Assembly: GCA_022822065.1 (NCBI GenBank)
Contig: JAJECI010000009.1
Coordinates: forward strand, 1,340-65,339
Direction: 5' to 3'
Length of the DNA: 64,000 bases
From: Candidatus Dadabacteria bacterium
GTDB taxonomy: Bacteria > Desulfobacterota_D > UBA1144 > Nemesobacterales > Nemesobacteraceae
In this document: positions 58,202-64,000 of the stretch, in pieces
Layout of the letters: every line of letters starts with the position of its first letter
Position numbering within the stretch: position 1 is the first letter of the stretch
The notes under the pieces: model-generated
What the model was told of the DNA's origin: nothing
Seen by the model: only the letters and a program-made list of their open reading frames with translations
Databases searched by the model: none
Translations under genes and position numbers: made by a program

Positions 58202-59260
58202 ATGGATATAGAACTTCTGAAGAAGCTTTGCGACACTCCCGGAATGCCCGGTGATGAGGGCAAGGTGAAGGCGATCCTGCTTGAGGAAATAAAGGAATTC
58301 TCAGAAGACGTCACCGAAGACGTTATGGGAAACGTAATCGCCCGTATCCCGGGAGACGGCCCCACTTTTGTTCTTGACGCTCACATGGACGAGGTGGGAT
58401 TCATGGTCCACCATATCGACAGCAGGGGATTTCTGAGGGTAACCCCGCTTGGGGGAATGGACGCCAGGGTCTTTTACGGACAGCGCCTCGTGGTATGGGG
58501 AAAAACTCCCTTAAAAGGAGTGGTGGCGGCGGTTCCTCCCCACGTGACCAGGGCAAGCGGAAGCAACAAGGAAGTTCCGGAGATCGAGGACTGCGCGGTT
58601 GATCTCGGGCTCAGCGCGGAAAAAGTCGCCGATCTCGTAGAAATAGGGGACATGGTGTCGTTTGACACTTCCCTTGATGAAACGGAGGATTCCGTGATCT
58701 CAAAGGCCCTTGACGACAGGATGGGTCTTTTCGTGATAATCGAGGCTCTTAGAAAGACCCCTAATCCAGGCTGCGACCTCATAGTCACTTTCACCGTTCA
58801 GGAAGAAGTCGGGCTTCGCGGGGCGCGGGTTATAACGCCGGTCTATGAACCGGACTTCGCCGTCGCTCTTGAAGGCACCGTGGCAATGGACATACCGGGA
58901 GTTCCGGAGAGCAAATCATTCGCCAACATCGGCAAGGGGCCCGAGATAAGACTTTCCGACAGGTTTTTGGTGGCGCACAGGCCGTTTAGCTTTTTCATAA
59001 AGGAACTTGCGGAGAAAAACGAAATCCCTTATCAGGTAACGGTAAAAAAAGCGGGCAGCACAAACGCGACCGCCATGCAGGTCACGGGAAAGGGGACCAG
59101 AGCGGCCGTCCTGTCAGTTCCGACAAGATACCTTCACAGTCCGAGTTCCCTTGCCTATAAAAGCGATATCGCTCACACAATAGATCTGGTGTCATGCCTG
59201 CTCAGTGACATAGGGAAATTCAACCCCTCAAACCAGGGCCAGAGCGCCCAGCAGCAATGA
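58202..59260 (+). CDS. M42 family metallopeptidase (glutamyl aminopeptidase/FrvX-like)
   Basis: Start trimmed to MDIELLKKLCDTPGMPGDEG. It has the M42 motifs DAHMDEVGF and SKALDDRMG. Confidence 0.82.
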   Translation: MDIELLKKLCDTPGMPGDEGKVKAILLEEIKEFSEDVTEDVMGNVIARIPGDGPTFVLDAHMDEVGFMVHHIDSRGFLRVTPLGGMDARVFYGQRLVVWGKTPLKGVVAAVPPHVTRASGSNKEVPEIEDCAVDLGLSAEKVADLVEIGDMVSFDTSLDETEDSVISKALDDRMGLFVIIEALRKTPNPGCDLIVTFTVQEEVGLRGARVITPVYEPDFAVALEGTVAMDIPGVPESKSFANIGKGPEIRLSDRFLVAHRPFSFFIKELAEKNEIPYQVTVKKAGSTNATAMQVTGKGTRAAVLSVPTRYLHSPSSLAYKSDIAHTIDLVSCLLSDIGKFNPSNQGQSAQQQ

Positions 59261-59604
59261 TGGAAGAACTGTTCCGCGTATTTGAAGAGATTGCCAGGGA
59301 GAACTTTCCCGAACTTGATCTCGAGAAATTCTCAATAGCGCTCCGTGAGGAGATAAAAAAGAAAAAATACGATCTTCAGGACGAAGCCCTGCTTGAGACA
59401 GCGCTTCGGGACGACAGAAAAACCTTCAAAGATTCCTTCTTGGATATGCTTGAGGAAAGGGCGGCACGGGAAGACGGCGGGAAAGCCTTCTTTCTCTCGG
59501 ATAAAGGCCGCGACGAGGCCGTTTCAATCCTCATTACCAATGCAGAGCACACAATCGACTACTATTACAACACGATAATAGGAAAGCACTTCTCGGCAAG
59601 CTAA
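59257..59604 (+). CDS. Hypothetical protein (115 aa)
   Basis: ATGA overlap with the M42 peptidase stop. The protein is charged and helical, and I recognised no motif. Confidence 0.45.
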   Translation: MMEELFRVFEEIARENFPELDLEKFSIALREEIKKKKYDLQDEALLETALRDDRKTFKDSFLDMLEERAAREDGGKAFFLSDKGRDEAVSILITNAEHTIDYYYNTIIGKHFSAS

Positions 59605-59664
59605 GCTTGGCTACCTTTTATCCCCTCCCCTTTCTTCCTCAACCATGGTCTCGCGTCGGCAGAA

Positions 59665-60960
59665 TTACTTCTTGCGCCTTCTGCTCATCGCCACGTATTT
59701 TCTATTATCTTCCCCCAGATAAACCTGCCTCGGCCTCGCGATTCTGGTTTCGGGGTCGTTCAGCATCTCAAGCCACTGGGCAAGCCACCCGGCCATTCTC
59801 GCTATCCCGAAAAGAACGGTAAACATGCTCGTGGGGAGACCTATGCTCTGGTATATGAGTCCCGAGTAGAAATCAACGTTCGGATAAAGCCTTCTTCTTA
59901 CGAAATAGTCGTCTTCAAGGGCTATTCTCTCAAGCTCAAGAGCTATGTCGAGCAGAGGATTTTTCCCGGTGACTTCAAACACGTCGTGGGCTATATCCTT
60001 TATTATCGCCGCTCTCGGATCATAAGCCTTGTATACCCTGTGTCCGAAGCCCATGAGCCTGAATTCTCCTTTCTTGGCCCTTTCTATGTACTGCGGAATC
60101 TTGTCAATCGAGCCTATGTCGGCGAGCATTTCAAGAACCGCCTCGTTCGCTCCGCCGTGAAGAGGACCGTACAGGGCGGCAATCGCCGCGGCGGCCGCGG
60201 AGTAAGGATCCGGATGGGAGCTTGCGACGTTCCTCATCGCGCTTGCGCTGCAGTTCTGCTCGTGGTCGGCATGGAGTATGAAAAGAACGTCTATAGCCTT
60301 TTCTATCGCCGGATTCGGTTCATACTTGGCCTCGGTCATCTTGAACATCATTGAAAGGAAATTCCCGGCGTAGCTGAGTTCGTTGTCGGGGTATACATAT
60401 GGAAGACCCATTATATGCCTGTAGGAAAATCCTGCTATGGTCGGCGTCTTCGCTATAAGCCTTCTTATCTCAAGTTTCTGCACGTCGGTATCGAATATGT
60501 CCTTTGCATCCGGATAGAAGGTAGAAAGGGCTCCGACGGTCGCAAGAAGCATGCCCATCGGATGCGCGTCGTAGCGGAATCCGTCCATGAGCTTCCTTAT
60601 GTTTTCATGCACGTAGGTGTGATGGGTTATGTCATGAACCCAGCTGTCGTATTCTGATTTGTTAGGCAGCTCACCGTGAATAAGGAGATAGGCGACTTCG
60701 AGGAAATTGCTTTTTTTCGCCAGCTCTTCTATCGGGTATCCCCTGTATCTCAGGATTCCCTTTTCTCCGTCAATGAAGGTAACCCTGCTTTTGCACGAAG
60801 CGGTATTCCCGAAAGCGGGGTCATAGCTCATCATGCCAAAGTCTTCGTCCTTAACCCTTATCTGGCGAAGGTCAGTGGCTTTTATGGTATCGTTGTCTAT
60901 AGCAAGTTCGTATGTTTTACCTGTCCTGTTATCTGTTACAGACAAAGTGTTCTTAGGCAT
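59665..60960 (-). CDS. gltA: Citrate synthase
   Basis: 431 aa with catalytic-region motifs LHADHEQN and GFGHRVYK. Confidence 0.93.
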   Translation of the reverse strand: MPKNTLSVTDNRTGKTYELAIDNDTIKATDLRQIRVKDEDFGMMSYDPAFGNTASCKSRVTFIDGEKGILRYRGYPIEELAKKSNFLEVAYLLIHGELPNKSEYDSWVHDITHHTYVHENIRKLMDGFRYDAHPMGMLLATVGALSTFYPDAKDIFDTDVQKLEIRRLIAKTPTIAGFSYRHIMGLPYVYPDNELSYAGNFLSMMFKMTEAKYEPNPAIEKAIDVLFILHADHEQNCSASAMRNVASSHPDPYSAAAAAIAALYGPLHGGANEAVLEMLADIGSIDKIPQYIERAKKGEFRLMGFGHRVYKAYDPRAAIIKDIAHDVFEVTGKNPLLDIALELERIALEDDYFVRRRLYPNVDFYSGLIYQSIGLPTSMFTVLFGIARMAGWLAQWLEMLNDPETRIARPRQVYLGEDNRKYVAMSRRRKK

Positions 60961-61120
60961 TTGTCAATCTCCTCGCAGTAGTGAAGTTGTTTAAATCAAG
61001 TTGCCGGTCGAATCGGATTTCTGTAAGCGAACCACCCTCTTTTTCACTCCAACACTCTTCAGAGTCAATCCAACCGATTAAGGTGATTGTAACAGATTTT
61101 TTAACTAAACGCAAAACGGC

Positions 61121-62047
61121 CTAACCGAACTGCACGATACTGATGGGCACGGGGGTAAAACAGGAAATAAAAATAAGCAGTGAGAGAAAGGCAAGCGCCT
61201 TTCTCCCGGCGCTGATCTCGGTATCGCTTGAGACGGTCGGCGGATGTGACGTGCCGATCACCAAAAGCAGTATCGCCCAGAAAAGCCAGCCGACCCAGCC
61301 CTCAAACATAAGCCACTCAGGAAGGCTACCTAGCACCCATAAGCCCAGATAATCAGCAAAGTCCACCATAGGTGCCGTTCCCACTCCCATTATTACAAGA
61401 AAAATAACCGTGGCGGCAGATATGGTTCTATGCCACTCGGCCGGGAAGACGCAATATACAATATGCCCTCCGTCGAGCTGTCCCGCGGGCATGAGGTTCA
61501 AGACCGTCACAAAAAGACCTATCCATCCCGCGAACGCCACGGGGTGCAGCAAGATTTCGTATCCTTGAGCGACTTCCCCGATGGCCATTTTCGAAAAAAG
61601 GGCGAATACGAGAGAATTGCCGAGGGACATCGCCGTCTGCATCTCAGAGAGCCTCTCGGAATCCAAAGCGACCACGTCTGAGAAAAGCAGCCCGACAAAC
61701 AGGACCGGAAGGGCTACCACCACTCCGGCTATGGGACCGGCGACCCCTATGTCGAAAAGCTCCCTTCGGCCGCGTATCCGGGACTTTATCCTTATAAACG
61801 CCCCGAACGTCCCTATCGGGGAGAGGAACGGAGGAGCGGGAATAAACCAGGGAAGAGTTATGGAAACGCCGTATTTCCTGCCGTAAAAGTAATGACCCAT
61901 TTCGTGGGCCCCGAGAATGGCGACCAGAGAAATCGAGAAAAGAACCCCGCCGGTATAGGTTCCGCTTATCATGTAGCCGGAAAGAAAAGTCGTGGCCGCC
62001 GTGAGGATAAAAAGCACCAGCGGGATAAGGGTAGATCTTTTGATCAT
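61121..62047 (-). CDS. Site-2 protease family (M50) membrane metalloprotease
   Basis: Polytopic 308-aa protein with HEMGH in a TM helix and a downstream LDGG motif (PAGQLDGGH). Confidence 0.8.
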   Translation of the reverse strand: MIKRSTLIPLVLFILTAATTFLSGYMISGTYTGGVLFSISLVAILGAHEMGHYFYGRKYGVSITLPWFIPAPPFLSPIGTFGAFIRIKSRIRGRRELFDIGVAGPIAGVVVALPVLFVGLLFSDVVALDSERLSEMQTAMSLGNSLVFALFSKMAIGEVAQGYEILLHPVAFAGWIGLFVTVLNLMPAGQLDGGHIVYCVFPAEWHRTISAATVIFLVIMGVGTAPMVDFADYLGLWVLGSLPEWLMFEGWVGWLFWAILLLVIGTSHPPTVSSDTEISAGRKALAFLSLLIFISCFTPVPISIVQFG

Positions 62048-62049
62048 GG

Positions 62050-64000
62050 CTACTCTACTTCGAGCAACATCGGGTTTATGGAGTTAAGGACATCCTTTAG
62101 GTATCTCTCTATGTCAGACTCCTTTGAGAGCAGCAGTACTTCGGACCTGATTTCCTCGAGCATCCGCTCGGAAAGCCTGTCCGAGAGGAATTTCACGTAA
62201 GGAAACCGAAGCGGGGAAACGCTCAGGTGACGGTAACCAAGAGCCAATATCAGGAGCGTACCGGAGGGAACTCCCGCTATCTCTCCACAGATGTTAAGTT
62301 CCTTTCCGCTTGAGATAATCTGCTCCCTTGTAAAATCGAGCATTCTCACCACGGAGGGATGAAAAGCCGAGTAAAGATGTCCGACCGCGTTTGAATTTCT
62401 GTCCACCGCGAGCAGATACTGTATAAGGTCGTTTGTCCCGATGGAAACAAAATCTATTAAGTCCGCGTAATCTCCGAACTGGTACGCAAGCGCCGGAACC
62501 TCCATCATTATTCCAAGCTTCGGTATGTCAAGCCGGTGAAGGCTCACTTCGGCGGACAGTTCCTCAATTATCTGCGCCGCAGTCTCAACCTCCCAGACGT
62601 TTGAAACCATGGGCAGAAGAATCCTGAAGTTCCCCCCTTTTTTTACCGCCAGCAAAATGGATTTCACCTGATCCCTGAAAAGATCAAGATACTCCATTGA
62701 AAAGCGGATTGAGCGAAGGCCAAGAAGGGGGTTTTCTTCCTTGGGCATTTTGAGATAGGAAAGTATCTTGTCAGAACCCACGTCCAAGGTCCTAATGGTT
62801 ACTCCGCTCTCAAAATTAGCTGAGATCTCCTTGTATATCTTTAGCTGGGACCTTACACTAGGCCATTTCTTAAACCTTGCAAAGGCAAACTCCGTCCTGA
62901 AAAGTCCCGCACTCTTGATGCCGTAACGCTTGGCCATCTCAGCATCAGCCGGAATTCCAACATTCGCCGTTATTTCGACGTCAAGACCGGTGCCGGTACT
63001 TTTTTCCGCTTCAGTCTCTATGAAGCCGCGGAGCTCAACGGCTTTTTGGTGCATGGACAGATACTCATCCTTAAGCACCTGATCGGGGTTTGTGAAAATG
63101 AAACCGCTTCTCCCGTCAACTATCATATCCTCCCCGGGATGTACCAGATTCACTATGTTGTCTATGCCGACAACTACCGGAATCCCAAGCGATTTCGCTA
63201 TTATGACCGCGTGCGAAGTCTCCCCGCCTTTTTCAAGGACTATTCCCCCCACCTCCCCCTCAACGGCCGTGACAAAAGAAACGCCTATCTCTCTTGCCAC
63301 AAGTATTAAAGGCTCTCCGTCGGCGGAAGCAGGAATATTCTCGTTCTTTGAACGGGTAAGATCCCGGAGCATCCTCTCACCTATATCTCTGAAATCGTAG
63401 GCCCTCTCCCTCATATAAGAATCCGGCAAGGATTCAAAACGTGATGCCTGGGATTCAAGATACTCAACCACCGCGGCCTCGGCTGAAACCCTCTTTTCAT
63501 CTATGAGTTCGCCAGTTCCCCTCTCCATGTCGCGGCTATCCACTATCATCAGGTGTGAACGGAAAATATCCACTTCGTTCTTGGAGAGCTTCCCCTCAGA
63601 ATCCATTTTTTGAATAGTGTTCTTAAGGTCTTGCGATATGTTCTTTATGGAATTTCTAACTCTTCTTTTCTCGATTCCCGGAGTGCGGCCCATCTCCATA
63701 GTGGACATCCGGCGGAAAAGACCGCGGAATGTAACCGCCTTGCCTACAGCCACTCCTTCGGAGACTCCTTTCCCCTGATAGGTTCTCGTCTCGTGTTTTA
63801 CCATGGACGGGGGTTTCAGCCGGTCCAAGGTGTTCGCGACTTCAAGAACCCCGGCAAGTCGTAGCGCTATGATCTGAAAAAGAGTCTGCTCGGCTGGGGT
63901 TATCTGCATGGGAGTTTTGTTCTGTCCCACCAGCACCCCGACACATACATCGTGAAGCATTATGGGAACGCCTATGTAGCTTTCGTATTCCTTTTCGCCT
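62050..64000 (-). CDS. ptsP: Phosphoenolpyruvate--protein phosphotransferase PtsP (EI-Ntr type; N-terminal GAF region truncated by the window end)
   Basis: PEP-utilising enzyme domains with the active-site His region GGETSHAVIIAKSLGIP and a TIM-barrel C-terminus (GTNDLIQY). The frame remains open to the window end, with GAF-like sequence upstream. Confidence 0.85.
   Translation of the reverse strand, partial: GEKEYESYIGVPIMLHDVCVGVLVGQNKTPMQITPAEQTLFQIIALRLAGVLEVANTLDRLKPPSMVKHETRTYQGKGVSEGVAVGKAVTFRGLFRRMSTMEMGRTPGIEKRRVRNSIKNISQDLKNTIQKMDSEGKLSKNEVDIFRSHLMIVDSRDMERGTGELIDEKRVSAEAAVVEYLESQASRFESLPDSYMRERAYDFRDIGERMLRDLTRSKNENIPASADGEPLILVAREIGVSFVTAVEGEVGGIVLEKGGETSHAVIIAKSLGIPVVVGIDNIVNLVHPGEDMIVDGRSGFIFTNPDQVLKDEYLSMHQKAVELRGFIETEAEKSTGTGLDVEITANVGIPADAEMAKRYGIKSAGLFRTEFAFARFKKWPSVRSQLKIYKEISANFESGVTIRTLDVGSDKILSYLKMPKEENPLLGLRSIRFSMEYLDLFRDQVKSILLAVKKGGNFRILLPMVSNVWEVETAAQIIEELSAEVSLHRLDIPKLGIMMEVPALAYQFGDYADLIDFVSIGTNDLIQYLLAVDRNSNAVGHLYSAFHPSVVRMLDFTREQIISSGKELNICGEIAGVPSGTLLILALGYRHLSVSPLRFPYVKFLSDRLSERMLEEIRSEVLLLSKESDIERYLKDVLNSINPMLLEVE

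Overview
The window is mostly core chromosome of a diderm (Gram-negative-type) bacterium. It is densely coded, about half G+C by eye, and most genes lie on the minus strand.

Housekeeping blocks, in order:
- bamA-skp with lolCD-like genes and lysS
- pyrR-pyrB-pyrC
- lepB, a Rel/SpoT homolog and gmk
- a long rimP-nusA-infB-DUF503-rbfA-nrnA-truB-rpsO-pnp-miaA array
- uvrB, cobA/hemD and rsmE
- a complete System I cytochrome c maturation operon (ccmABCDEF plus accessory genes), with ccmG-ccmH encoded about 20 kb away
- gloA, rarA, gltA, an M50 protease and a 5'-truncated ptsP

I recognised no rRNA, tRNA or CRISPR array.

Accessory or unusual content:
1. A 1.5-kb insertion (42.57-44.11 kb) lies between rsmE and a thioesterase gene. 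It is bounded by exact 12-bp terminal inverted repeats and a flanking 6-bp duplication. It carries one orphan 237-aa ORF, a promoter with three perfect 10-bp tandem repeats, and about 370 nt of GC-rich non-coding sequence ending in a long subterminal hairpin. It has no recognisable transposase. This is my best candidate for something undescribed.
2. A single-gene, A+T-rich island (53.2-55.3 kb) encodes a NERD/PD-(D/E)xK nuclease fused to an SF1 helicase, an Nhi-like defence architecture.
3. An ArsS-like radical-SAM/Cys-rich cluster (AhpD-like protein, rSAM enzyme, DUF2064) is translationally coupled to ccdA and has no arsM nearby.
4. CcmE is the CxxxY variant, yet CcmG and CcmH are both present.
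5. A GC-rich katG is probably horizontally acquired.
6. A vapBC toxin-antitoxin pair is present.
7. Two tandem intrinsic terminators sit in the roughly 400-nt leader upstream of rimP.

All functional calls rest on motif recognition in the supplied translations and on my own reading of the DNA. No database search was run.
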